This document shows positions 40,192-49,868 of a DNA stretch of 64,000 nucleotides, in pieces. The DNA is from Methanocella sp. Lineage in GTDB: Archaea; Thermoproteota; Bathyarchaeia; Bathyarchaeales; Bathycorpusculaceae. Each line of letters begins with the position of its first letter. Position 1 is the first letter of the stretch. The notes beneath the pieces were generated by a model. That model was not told where the DNA came from and did no database searches. It saw only the letters and a program-made list of their open reading frames with translations. The stretch is taken from positions 32,001 to 96,000 of the forward strand of contig JBLNCY010000010.1 of NCBI GenBank assembly GCA_050261115.1, written 5' to 3'. Made by a program: the position numbers and the translations under genes.

Positions 40192-40276
40192 TGCAGAGGG
40201 TGGGATTCGAACCCACGAACCCCTACGGGATAGGCTCCTGAAGCCTACGCCTTTGACCTGGCTCGGCGACCTCTGC
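40189..40276 (-). tRNA. tRNA-Leu(CAG), intronless, CCA encoded
   Basis: GCAGAGG...CCTCTGC-ACCA acceptor, TAGGC-TTCAGGA-GCCTA anticodon arm, long variable arm CCCGTAGGGG, GTGGGTTCGAATCCCAC T arm. Confidence 0.97.
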
Positions 40277-40521
40277 ACAATTTGCTCTAATCAAAATAAT
40301 CCTGACTGATAAATATATTCACTGAGCCAAACGTAAAGCATACCAAACCAACCGCAAAAAATAATCGCTAAGGTAGCAACGCCTTAATCCAAAAAAAGCA
40401 TCTGGTTGTCCATGCTGTTTCTTGCTTGCAGCTTTACCTACCGCTCAAAAATGGCGTCGCTGTACAATAAATTTATATCCAAAAGCAAACGCAAAGGTTG
40501 ACACCTAAGAAGAAACAGACA

Positions 40522-41809
40522 ATGGCCGAAATAGACACAGTAATACAAGCAACCGTAACAATATGCATACTGGTCTTCTCGGCAAAAATTCTAGGCGAAA
40601 TATTTTCCTGGCGAAAAATCCCCGCCGTACTAGGCGAACTTGTCGCTGGCATGATTCTTGGACCGTTTGCGTTAGGCGCTTTCCTAGTCATAAACGGCGT
40701 GCAACTCATTCAGATAAACGAAATTGTAAATGCCTTTGGCGAAATCGGCGGTATTCTTATCCTCTTTGCAGCGGGGTTAGAGATGACTTTTCAGGATTTT
40801 CGAAAAGTTGGAACAGCGGGCTTTCTCATCGGCACCCTTGGCGTTATCATTCCATTCGTAATGGGCTACGGCTTAGCACTCATCATGGGATACAGCACAG
40901 TTGTAGGCTTAGTTATTGGCGCCGCTCTTGTCGCAACCAGCATATCCATCACTTCGTTGGTGCTATGTGAGATTAATAAAACACGAAGCCCCGAAGCACG
41001 CTTGATGGTAAGCGCCGCCGTAGTTGATGACGTGTTAGGATTAGCTATCCTAGGTGTCATTGTTTCCTTTATATCATCTACTTCATCCATCACCGCGTTA
41101 GGCGTAGCCGAAGTAATCTTGTGGTCACTTGCGCTATGGCTTTGCTTAACAGTATTCTTAGCCATCATTCTGCCCCGCATAATTAATTTCCTCTCTAAAG
41201 GCAGATCTGATGGACCTATCGAAGCTGCAGCGACGGCCGCGTGTTTTGGAGCCTCCGCACTAGCCGCCTCATTGGGTTTATCTGCAATCGTGGGGGCTTT
41301 TGCAGCAGGCATGGCTATCGCCAGCTCCCGTATGATTGAAAAAATCCGAGACTATATTAAAAAAATCAGTACCATATTTTCGCGTCTTCTTCGCATTAGC
41401 CGGCGCTCAGTTTAATATCCAAAGCTTCCTCACTACAGACGGGATGTTTTACTTCTTCTTCATAGCGCTTGTTATAGTTGCGGTTCTAAGCAAGATTATT
41501 GGATGCGGTTTACCAGCGACATTTTTCCTTAAAGACCGCAAGAAGGGTCTCCAAGTAGGTTACGGCATGATTTCCCGCGGAGAAGTGGGGCTCATCGTGG
41601 CAGGAGTAGCCATCTCTGCGGGCGCTATCCAACAAGACGTTTACTCAGCAATCTTAGGCATGATTATCATAACAACGATAATTGCACCATTGCTACTGCG
41701 AAAATCTTACGATAAAGAGGCTGTAGAAGCGGGAGAAACCGTATGCACATGGGATAGAAGTGACCCGCCAGATTTCATTCCGACTTACCCGTTACCAGAC
41801 GAAAAATAG
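40522..41809 (+). CDS. CPA2 cation:proton antiporter (NapA/Kef-like), frameshifted near 41383 (pseudogene or sequencing error)
   Basis: GELVAG, LFAAGLE, ATSISI, AAVVDD, GAFAAG in frame 1; VFFALAG, SKIIGC, MISRGEVG in frame 2. Confidence 0.85.
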
Positions 41810-41950
41810 GCCCTTATTCGGGGGAACATTAGGTTTGGGCGGTAGCGGCGATTCCATTAAACTGCTCAATAAAAAAAACCACACACGCAACCATACACAC
41901 GTAAACCTTATAACACCACGAACCGTCTTTGCCCTCAATAGGCGAATACC

Positions 41951-42865
41951 ATGAAATTAGGCACCTTAACCTTCCAACCTCAAAAACCCCGAGGCTTCGA
42001 CTTTCATGTTTACCGAGTAAAACCCGAAACCGGGCTCCGTTTAACACCCCAAGCGGACATGGCCCACAACATCGCCGTCTTTGCCGACACACAGACCGGG
42101 CAACTCCACCCCGACTGGATCTCGCAGTCGCCGCTTGGACCAGCAAAATTTGGAAACAACAACTTTAACATCTACTGGAGCGTACTCTGCCCCACCCAAC
42201 CCGAATACCGCGAAGAACAACTCAAGTACATAGCCGAAGTAGACCGACAATCAAAACACGGCATATGGCTAAACAGCCACTACTTCGCCGACCACAGCCA
42301 CTGCACCTGCCCACGCTGCCAAGAACTCCAGCAAAAAAGCGGCTTAGGCATTATCCAGTGGCGCAGAAAAGTAGTAACAGACTACCTTGAACAAATAAGA
42401 AGCGCCGTCAAAAACGAGTTGGTTCTGTCAGTTCAACCCGACCCTGTAAGCTCACTTGAGCGCTACGGCGTCGACTTTGATGATGCCGCCAAATATGCCG
42501 ACCGCTTCAACGTAGTCATGTTCAGCAAAAACTATGCGACGCCCTGGTACTGGGAAATGCTTGCCCGCGCTTTCAAAAAGCTACTAACAAAACCCATGTA
42601 CATCAACTTTTATGTTTACGGCCCAGGCGACATGCCCCAAGATGTACCGCCACCCGCAGAAATCCTAACCGTCACCGTAAGATGCGCACGCGTCGGGGGA
42701 ATCGACGGGTTCGTATACTTAACCGACGGAGAAAAAGAAATGATTGACTTCCAAAAAGCAGCCGTTGAAAACACAGCGTTGCGTCAGAAGCTGCGTAGCT
42801 TTGGAGGCGAACCAGTCCAGCAGTATCTCGATGCCGTGGCAAACTGGGAAAAAATCATCCAATAA
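41951..42865 (+). CDS. Hypothetical TIM-barrel glycoside-hydrolase-like protein with CxCxxC site
   Basis: LCPTQPEYREE, GIWLN, HCTCPRCQ, WRRKVVTDY, YGVDFD resemble GHL/GH42-like barrels. Confidence 0.55.
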   Translation: MKLGTLTFQPQKPRGFDFHVYRVKPETGLRLTPQADMAHNIAVFADTQTGQLHPDWISQSPLGPAKFGNNNFNIYWSVLCPTQPEYREEQLKYIAEVDRQSKHGIWLNSHYFADHSHCTCPRCQELQQKSGLGIIQWRRKVVTDYLEQIRSAVKNELVLSVQPDPVSSLERYGVDFDDAAKYADRFNVVMFSKNYATPWYWEMLARAFKKLLTKPMYINFYVYGPGDMPQDVPPPAEILTVTVRCARVGGIDGFVYLTDGEKEMIDFQKAAVENTALRQKLRSFGGEPVQQYLDAVANWEKIIQ

Positions 42866-42911
42866 CTTTTCTTTTCCACTACATTTTTATCGTAAAGCAC
42901 GCTAGGGTTTA

Positions 42912-43526
42912 TTGTGGTTTTTTACGGTTGACGCATTAGCAGACCTTTTTCGAGCATCCATTGCGCTTTTCATCATCGTTGACCCCTTCGGTAATATACC
43001 GATCTTCATAGGTTTAACAGAAAAGGTTGAGCCGGCTCAACGACGGAAAGTCTACAACATCGCCATACTCGTGGGGTTTGTGTTGCTTCTCTCTTTTGCA
43101 TTTTTGGGGCAGGAGATCCTGCAGATTTTTGGCTTATCGATTTATGCTTTTCAAATCGCAGGCGGCCTAATGTTACTAATCGTTGCGATTCGGATTTTAG
43201 TGACTGGAAATATGCATGAAAACGCGGAGTCACCTGAAAGTTTGGGCGCTGTTCCGATTGCGATGCCCCTGCTGGTAGGCCCAGGCGCCATCACCACAAC
43301 CATTTTCAACCTCCAAGCGTATGGCACAATAATTTCCATCCTATCCGTGTTGATTGTGCTGTCGATTACTTGGGTTATTTTGCGGTTTATTAATGTGGTT
43401 TATCGGTTTTTGGGTAAGACAGGGTCGCTTGTTATTGCCAGGGTTATGGCGCTGTTGATTGCTGCCATTGCCGTTCAATATATTTTATCGGGCGCCACCT
43501 ACTTTATCGACACAGGGCAAATATAA
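42912..43526 (+). CDS. MarC family membrane protein
   Basis: IVDPFGNIPIF, FQIAGG, VPIAMPLLVGPGAIT, RVMALLIAAIAVQ. Confidence 0.93.
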   Translation: MWFFTVDALADLFRASIALFIIVDPFGNIPIFIGLTEKVEPAQRRKVYNIAILVGFVLLLSFAFLGQEILQIFGLSIYAFQIAGGLMLLIVAIRILVTGNMHENAESPESLGAVPIAMPLLVGPGAITTTIFNLQAYGTIISILSVLIVLSITWVILRFINVVYRFLGKTGSLVIARVMALLIAAIAVQYILSGATYFIDTGQI

Positions 43527-43578
43527 CGCCAAACAAGCGGCAAAAGAGCGCCACCCATAAACAAGCACATTTCTATCT

Positions 43579-43735
43579 GGACGCATTTGCGCAGCCCGAC
43601 ATCTAACCCACCCCTGCAGCCGTACAGCCTCCATCAACAAAGAAACTGCAACCACCCAGACCTGTCCTGTTATTATTTGCAGGGGTTGAGTCTATATATA
43701 AGGGAGGGGGTAGGTCGGCAGAGCAACAGAGACCC
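43579..43735 (+). repeat. Dispersed intergenic repeat, copy 4 (long form)
   Basis: Core GGTTGAGTCTATATATAAGGGAGGGGGTAGGTCGGCAGAGCAACAG; colinear with 49613-49763 over about 150 bp. Confidence 0.75.
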
Positions 43736-43748
43736 ATTTTGATTTACG

Positions 43749-44303
43749 CTAGACGGGGAAGTGCATTTCACCCACAGAATAATGCACAATTTCGCCCCGC
43801 CGATTAGTAACAGCCAAAATAAGCTCCTTCTTCTGAGTCTGACACTTCGAAAGCGCATCAGCCAAATCATCAATCGGCAACGGCTTACCTTCCTGCGTAA
43901 CCAAAATCAAGTAAGGCGCAGTGTCTTTGCCGTAAGAGCCACGCTCATAAATACGGAAATCAATACCTGCACCGAAGCCCTCACGAACCACATAGCCCCG
44001 GCTGCGCAGGTCACGGTAGACAAGGTAATTAACCCACGCGTTCTCATTCTTTGCCTCATAGCAATGCAGTAGTTGCTGGAAGTCTACTGTTGCGTTGTCA
44101 GCTGTTTTTGTTTCCAGCATGCCTTTGTCTTGGAGGTAGAGTGCTTCAAAGAAGGCTAAGGTGAAGGTTTTGCCTTCGAGGGTGCCGTATCCGCGGCTGC
44201 TGAGTTGGTCGATGCTGCTCTGCTCTGAGATGATGACGCCTTTGTCGGTTAAGGTGCCGCTTGTTTTGAATTCGACGGGTGCCTTCTTTTGGGTTTCACT
44301 CAT
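43749..44303 (-). CDS. tRNA-splicing endonuclease, structural (beta) subunit
   Basis: FEALYL, YLVYRDLRSRGYVVREGFG, DFRIY; lacks the catalytic His (KDTAPY). Confidence 0.85.
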   Translation of the reverse strand: MSETQKKAPVEFKTSGTLTDKGVIISEQSSIDQLSSRGYGTLEGKTFTLAFFEALYLQDKGMLETKTADNATVDFQQLLHCYEAKNENAWVNYLVYRDLRSRGYVVREGFGAGIDFRIYERGSYGKDTAPYLILVTQEGKPLPIDDLADALSKCQTQKKELILAVTNRRGEIVHYSVGEMHFPV

Positions 44304-44583
44304 TAGGATCAGCTTTACTAGCTTTGATTTGAGGTTTTTGGGTTCTTTAACGTTGCGATGGGTTTAGGGGTTTAATCTATAATGTGACTGAATGTTAGGA
44401 TTGTTTCTAATTCGATACCCACATAGCCTCTATCAGCGCCTGAAAAAACATGAACCAGACAGAGCACTCTGTTTTTACGAAACAACTCTTGCAATCTTGA
44501 GTCATTAATATGCATCCGGCTAAACCTGCACACAACATTTTAATGCATAAGTCAGCCTACAAGGATAAGACAGGTAATCACAA

Positions 44584-46356
44584 TTGAGCAATGAAGCTAA
44601 ATGCAGCAAACCGCAATGCGACAAATTCGTCGCAATCAACGAACTTGCTAAACGCCGAGGCTTCTTCTGGCCTTCCTTTGAAATATACGGCGGAAGCGGC
44701 GGTTTTGTAACTTACGGCCCACTGGGCGCACGTCTAAAACAAAACATCGAATCACGCCTCAGAGACTTGATAGTTAAGAAACTCGGTATTTATGAGATGG
44801 AATCCTCAGTTATCACGCCCGGCAAAGTGTTTGAGGCATCAGGACACGTGGCACATTTCAAGGAGCCTATGGTGGAATGCCAGAATTGCCACACACGCTT
44901 CCGAGCAGACCACCTACTCGAAGACAAGGGCATTAGCCCTGCTGAAGCAGAAAAAATGAGCTTAGAAGAAATCAAAGCCGAAATAGAACGTCACAACATC
45001 ATCTGCCCAGACTGCAAAGGCAAATTCGGAGAACCCACACGATACCTAACCATGTTCGAAACTACCATAGGCCCCTACAGCGGCGCAGTGGGCTACGGCA
45101 GACCCGAAGCGGCACAGAACATCTTTGTCGAATTCAACCGACTCTACAACGTAGCCAGAGAACGCCTACCCTTTGGCTGCATAAACATCGGCAAGGCACT
45201 CAGAAACGAAATCAGCCCACGCCAAGGTCTAATCCGCCTACGAGAATTCACCATCGCCGACTTAGAGTTCTTCTTTGACCCTGAAGAGCCATCATGCGAC
45301 CGCATAGCTGAAGTCGAAAACGAAACCCTCCCCATTCTGCTCTGTGAAACCCGAGAAAAAGACTGCGAAACCGTAACCACCTTTACCGTCCGAGAAGCCC
45401 TCGAAAAAGGCATCATCAAAAATCAGTGGCAAGCATTCTTTATGGCTCAAGCCAAACGTCTACTAACTGACCTTGGCGTACCCGAAACCAAACAGCGATT
45501 CTTAGAAAAGTTCACTTGGGAAAAAGCCCACTATAGCACCCAGAGCTTCGACCAAGAAGTCCTTGTCGACCGCTGGGGCTGGATGGAAGTATCAGGTCAC
45601 GCTTACCGTAGCGACTACGACTTATCCTGCCACATGAAAGCCAGCGGCGTAGACATGACCGTTTACAAAGAATTTCCCAACCCAGTAGAAACCGAGGAAC
45701 TCACAGTTAAGCCGCTTATGGCAAAACTCGGCCCAGTCTACAAGGGCGATGCAGCCAAAGTAGCTGAGGCCTTAGCAAAAATCCCCGCAGAGCAAGTGGC
45801 GGATGCCATGGCTAAAGACGGCAGCATCGTAGTAGATGGTTACCAAGTCTTCAAAGAGCAAGTCGAAATAAGTAAGCAGAAAACCGCCATACGAGGCAAA
45901 CGATTCGTTCCCCATGTGGTGGAGCCAAGTTTTGGCTGCGACCGCCTATTCTACATAGCCTTAGAATACGCATACAGCGTTAAAGACGACCGCGTAGTGC
46001 TTAGCTTCCCAAGAAACATTGCCCCCATTCAAGTCGGAATCTACCCACTGATGAGCAAAGACAGCATGGACACTAAAGCTAAAGAAATCCAAAAACAGCT
46101 CGCCTGCGAGGGCTTCATGACTGACTATGACGAAACCGGCAGCATCGGCAGACGCTATGCCAGAGCAGACGAAGCAGGCATACAACTCGGTATAACCGTC
46201 GACTATGACACTCTAGAGAAGGGCACCGTTACTATACGTGACCGCGACAGTTGGAAGCAAGTCCTCGTCACCATCGCTGACCTACCCAAACTGCTACACC
46301 AATACTTCGAGGGTAAAATAAACTTCACAGACTTAGGGAGCCAAATCGAAACTTAA
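44584..46356 (+). CDS. glyS: Glycine--tRNA ligase (alpha2, archaeal/eukaryotic type)
   Basis: RRGFFWPSFEIYGG, RPEAAQ, RNEISPRQGLIRLREF, PHVVEPSFGCDR, SIGRRYARADE. Confidence 0.97.
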   Translation: MSNEAKCSKPQCDKFVAINELAKRRGFFWPSFEIYGGSGGFVTYGPLGARLKQNIESRLRDLIVKKLGIYEMESSVITPGKVFEASGHVAHFKEPMVECQNCHTRFRADHLLEDKGISPAEAEKMSLEEIKAEIERHNIICPDCKGKFGEPTRYLTMFETTIGPYSGAVGYGRPEAAQNIFVEFNRLYNVARERLPFGCINIGKALRNEISPRQGLIRLREFTIADLEFFFDPEEPSCDRIAEVENETLPILLCETREKDCETVTTFTVREALEKGIIKNQWQAFFMAQAKRLLTDLGVPETKQRFLEKFTWEKAHYSTQSFDQEVLVDRWGWMEVSGHAYRSDYDLSCHMKASGVDMTVYKEFPNPVETEELTVKPLMAKLGPVYKGDAAKVAEALAKIPAEQVADAMAKDGSIVVDGYQVFKEQVEISKQKTAIRGKRFVPHVVEPSFGCDRLFYIALEYAYSVKDDRVVLSFPRNIAPIQVGIYPLMSKDSMDTKAKEIQKQLACEGFMTDYDETGSIGRRYARADEAGIQLGITVDYDTLEKGTVTIRDRDSWKQVLVTIADLPKLLHQYFEGKINFTDLGSQIET

Positions 46357-46429
46357 GTAGCTACCTTTTTTAATACTCAGGTGTTAACTTAATGATCAAT
46401 CCACGGATGATTATAGCGGGGGAAAAAGA

Positions 46430-47089
46430 ATAGTCCTTCCATCAGAAACAGAAGAGCGCGTGAAGAGGCGCGCACTCAACGCATGCCAAGAAAACCTACG
46501 GAAAGTAGTCGACGTAACCAGAAAAATCCCTCAACTCGTCGAGTACTTCGCAAGCGGAGACAAAGAGAACGTTCGCCGACTGTTCAGCGAAATTAAAACA
46601 GGCGAAGAAGAAGTCACCAAGGCAAGACGCATGGTCAGCCAAGAACTCGCAGAAATCGGCGCCATACTCTACGCAAGAGAAGACTTTCTACGATTCACTA
46701 ACCTCTCAAGCGAAATCGCAGATTTCAGCGAGGGCATCGCATATTATCTGGTTGAAATCATGGAACACAACTGGGTAGTCCCACCTGAAATCAAAAAAGA
46801 CCTTTTAAAACTCAGCTTAGCCGTACTTGACTCAACCCTCAAACTGCGAGAAACAATGATGGTCCTAAACTATGGGTCACAAAAAACCCTTGAACGAGCA
46901 AAGGACGTCGAGATTGCTGAGCGTATAGTAGACGAGCAGTATCGCGCTTTGACTATCAAGGTTTTGAGTTCTAAACTTGACACCCCTGTTATGCTGCTAC
47001 TAAGAGACGTGTTGCAGTTGCTTGAGAACTCAGCGGATAAAGCTGAAGATGCAGCAGACGCGGCACGTATGGTTTCAATGATAATGTAG
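46430..47089 (+). CDS. DUF47/PhoU-like helical protein, probable ATA start at 46430
   Basis: REDFLRF, EIAERIVDEQYR, LENSADKAEDAAD; GCGGGGG SD 7 nt before ATA. Confidence 0.8.
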   Translation: MVLPSETEERVKRRALNACQENLRKVVDVTRKIPQLVEYFASGDKENVRRLFSEIKTGEEEVTKARRMVSQELAEIGAILYAREDFLRFTNLSSEIADFSEGIAYYLVEIMEHNWVVPPEIKKDLLKLSLAVLDSTLKLRETMMVLNYGSQKTLERAKDVEIAERIVDEQYRALTIKVLSSKLDTPVMLLLRDVLQLLENSADKAEDAADAARMVSMIM

Positions 47090-47101
47090 CAGGCGAGCCA
47101 G

Positions 47102-47656
47102 ATGCCACAGATAAGAGTGGAACTCATCGAAAACTTTCTAGTCGTATGGAACCCCACTGAGGGCTCCCAACTCTACAAAACCGCCTATTATGGCAAACCC
47201 ATCGGGATCCCCAAACCAAAAATTCCCGAATTCGACGTACCGCTCATTTTAGACTTAATGGAAGGCCTCTACTTAGCGGAAACAGGAAAAATCGACATAT
47301 ACGAGGACCCTGACGAAGAAAAGGTCAGCTTAGAAAAACTTCGAGACAAGGCTAAAGAGCTCTATGATGAATTCGAGGAAAAATATGCAGTTTATCAAGA
47401 CATGCGGAACAGCGGCTTAATTGTAACCCCCGGTATAAAGTTTGGCTGTGACTTCGCAGTTTACAAGTATGGCCCCGGCGTGGAACATGCACCCTACATG
47501 GTTACCGTAAAAAGGGCTGGTTCAACGATTTCTGCTACGGAGATTGTAAAAAACGGGCGGCTTGCAACCACTGTGCGAAAACGTTTCATTATTGCTGTTC
47601 CCGATTTAGAGACACAGCAAATAAAATATTTGATGTTTAAGTGGTTTAAGGCTTAG
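47102..47656 (+). CDS. endA: tRNA-splicing endonuclease, catalytic (alpha) subunit
   Basis: PGIKFGCDFAVY (Tyr), EHAPY (His), ATTVRK (Lys). Confidence 0.93.
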   Translation: MPQIRVELIENFLVVWNPTEGSQLYKTAYYGKPIGIPKPKIPEFDVPLILDLMEGLYLAETGKIDIYEDPDEEKVSLEKLRDKAKELYDEFEEKYAVYQDMRNSGLIVTPGIKFGCDFAVYKYGPGVEHAPYMVTVKRAGSTISATEIVKNGRLATTVRKRFIIAVPDLETQQIKYLMFKWFKA

Positions 47657-47658
47657 GC

Positions 47659-48954
47659 TTAATTGGCGATTATGGTTTGGTTTTGGAATTCGCCTCTGAC
47701 CTGTTGATGGGGGTAAACTTTTGTTGCAACCAAATTACAGCCAGCATCTAAAGCTACATCGTCTGCTACTACGCTTACCGAAGTGATTTTTGTGGGCTTG
47801 CTGCAGCTAGAGTTAACCGCTACGTGCCTGCCGATTATGCTGTCATAGATTTCTGCGTTATCACCTATTATTACTCGGTCTAGGATCGCCGAGTTAACAA
47901 TGGTCACGTTTTTACCAATGCGAGTAAAGTTGTCTATGCATGAGTTTACTATGCGTGCGCCATCTTCGATTTCACAGTGGCGACCGATCAGTACTGCACC
48001 TTCGAATGTGATTTTCTTTTGCTTGATTTTCTGGATGATGTCTTGGCGTCGTTTCTCGGAGTCGTCGCTTTCGCCTTGTAAGAATATCAATGCATCGTCG
48101 GATAATTTGCCGCCAAAGTCTTTGAGTGTTGAGAAGCCGCCGTGCAGCAGGTTTTTCATGGCTTCTAGATAATTCTTCGGGGTGCCGACATCAAACCAGT
48201 TGCCTTTAAGCGTGTAGCCATAGACTGGACGACCCGTCGAAATCACATAGGGTATGAAGTCATAGCCGAAGTCTAGGCGGTTTTTCTCTTTGATGATTTG
48301 CTGTACGCCTTTCTCTTTGAAGATCTTACGGATCTCAGGAGACATAAGGTACAGCCCGGTATTGGCTAGGTTGCTTGGGGCGTCCTTGGGCTCGGGTTTT
48401 TCGACGAATTTTCTGATTCTACCACAGCTATCGATGTCAGCTATACCTAAACCTTCAACGCAATCGACTTCACGAAGAACTATCGTTAGACAAGCGTCAT
48501 TCTTTCTATGGAAATCGAATAGGTTCTTGACGTTTATGTCAAAGATGTTATCGCCCTGAACCGCGAAAATTGGGTTGTTTAGGTCATAATACTCCATGTT
48601 TATGCGTGCAGAATCCGCGCTGCCCAAGTCGGGAACGTTCGGTTGATACTTTATGTGGATCTGCGGGCGGATATCATAGTTCGCCGAGAATCCGGCACCT
48701 GACTCAAAATAATCGTATAGATCACGGTAATTTGTGTAGCCTTTTACTCCGAAGATGAAATTTCTTATTCCTTGGCTTGCGAGCGATAAGAGTGAGAACT
48801 CTACTAGAGGTCTGTTAAGTAGGCGTATGCAGGCTTTGCTGGTTTCAGCCGTGAGAGGCAGGAGCCTTGTTGCTTTTCCGCCTACTGGAATGATTACTCT
48901 GATTTTGTCTGGTGAATAGTTATCGCCTACTAGAGGTGCGTATCTATCGCTCAA
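47659..48954 (-). CDS. NDP-sugar pyrophosphorylase with C-terminal left-handed beta-helix (GlgC/mannose-1-P guanylyltransferase-like)
   Basis: GGKATRLLPLT..SK, QGDN, FVEKP, NTGLY, WFDVGT, hexapeptide repeats. Confidence 0.88.
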   Translation of the reverse strand: MSDRYAPLVGDNYSPDKIRVIIPVGGKATRLLPLTAETSKACIRLLNRPLVEFSLLSLASQGIRNFIFGVKGYTNYRDLYDYFESGAGFSANYDIRPQIHIKYQPNVPDLGSADSARINMEYYDLNNPIFAVQGDNIFDINVKNLFDFHRKNDACLTIVLREVDCVEGLGIADIDSCGRIRKFVEKPEPKDAPSNLANTGLYLMSPEIRKIFKEKGVQQIIKEKNRLDFGYDFIPYVISTGRPVYGYTLKGNWFDVGTPKNYLEAMKNLLHGGFSTLKDFGGKLSDDALIFLQGESDDSEKRRQDIIQKIKQKKITFEGAVLIGRHCEIEDGARIVNSCIDNFTRIGKNVTIVNSAILDRVIIGDNAEIYDSIIGRHVAVNSSCSKPTKITSVSVVADDVALDAGCNLVATKVYPHQQVRGEFQNQTIIAN

Positions 48955-49027
48955 AACCCATCAACCTTGACTTTAAAGAGAGCAATTAATCCTTTTAATG
49001 TTTGTCATATGATCGGTAACTGGGCTG

Positions 49028-49450
49028 CTACATTGCCTTCTTAAAAGTGGGTAACCTAACCAAATGCACAGTAACACCCGCAGCCACACACAACAAAATG
49101 ACCTGGACCAATAGTAATTCGTTAAAAATGAAAAGTGCCGAAAACGCAATCGAGCCCCAAAGAACAGTGAGGGCTAATATCTTGGTTTTCATTGGTATAC
49201 CTTTGCCGGCCTGATAGTTTTTGATGTATTCTCCAAACCAGCGGTTGTTGATGAGCCACTTATGCATCCGCTCCGAACTACGCATATAGCACGCCGCTGC
49301 CAATAGGAGAAAAGGCGTTGTGGGCAGAACAGGTAAAAAGATGCCAATGGCGCCTAAACATAAGCATATGGTGCCGGCCGCTATGAGTAAGGCTCTGACA
49401 ACTCTTTGCTTTTTTACCTTTGAAACTGGAACGTCAGGTTGTGCTGTCAT
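49028..49450 (-). CDS. YbaN/DUF454 family membrane protein
   Basis: LGAIGIFLPVLPTTPFLLLAAACYMRSS; start at ATG 49450 rather than 49570. Confidence 0.9.
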   Translation of the reverse strand: MTAQPDVPVSKVKKQRVVRALLIAAGTICLCLGAIGIFLPVLPTTPFLLLAAACYMRSSERMHKWLINNRWFGEYIKNYQAGKGIPMKTKILALTVLWGSIAFSALFIFNELLLVQVILLCVAAGVTVHLVRLPTFKKAM

Positions 49451-49612
49451 CCATTTTCCCTTTCTCCATCGTTTTTCAATAATAAAAAGGCTATGCAAAT
49501 AGGCATGGTTCTGTGTGTGGGTGTTAGTTGACCTGTTTTGGATTGGTAAGCTTGTTGGTTGTTCATGCAAATAATTTATCGGGAATTCTAAGAAGACGTC
49601 GCTTTGTTTTGA

Positions 49613-49763
49613 GGGTCTGCTGCTTTGCTAACCTATCCTCTCCCTATATATAGATTCAACAACCGCCGACAATAACCAAATACACCTGGGCGTTTGCAGG
49701 TTCATGGGGTTGAGGGCTGTATGAATGTGGGATGGGTTGATTGTTGGCTGCACAACCGCATCC
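49613..49763 (-). repeat. Dispersed intergenic repeat, copy 5 (long form)
   Basis: Minus-strand core GTTGAATCTATATATAGGGAGAGGATAGGTTAGCAAAGCAGCAGACCC; colinear with copy 4. Confidence 0.75.
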
Positions 49764-49868
49764 GCCTGTGCCACGATGACCTCTCTTTTATAATCTCTTT
49801 CGCCTTGATGTGTTTTTGGAAAGCCATATAGCTTAGAAACCCAACCCATTCACACTTAAAGGATAAAA

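Noticed and set aside
39040-47104. TAG stops followed in frame by the next gene (metG-PHP at 39040-39048; DUF47-endA at 47087-47104) as read-through fusions
   Set aside because: Both partners are complete known proteins; in-frame spacing occurs by chance one time in three
49628-49849. ORFs crossing repeat copies (49628-49849, 32950-33156, 43673-43873) as a peptide family
   Set aside because: Frames, starts and strands differ between copies; conservation is at nucleotide level
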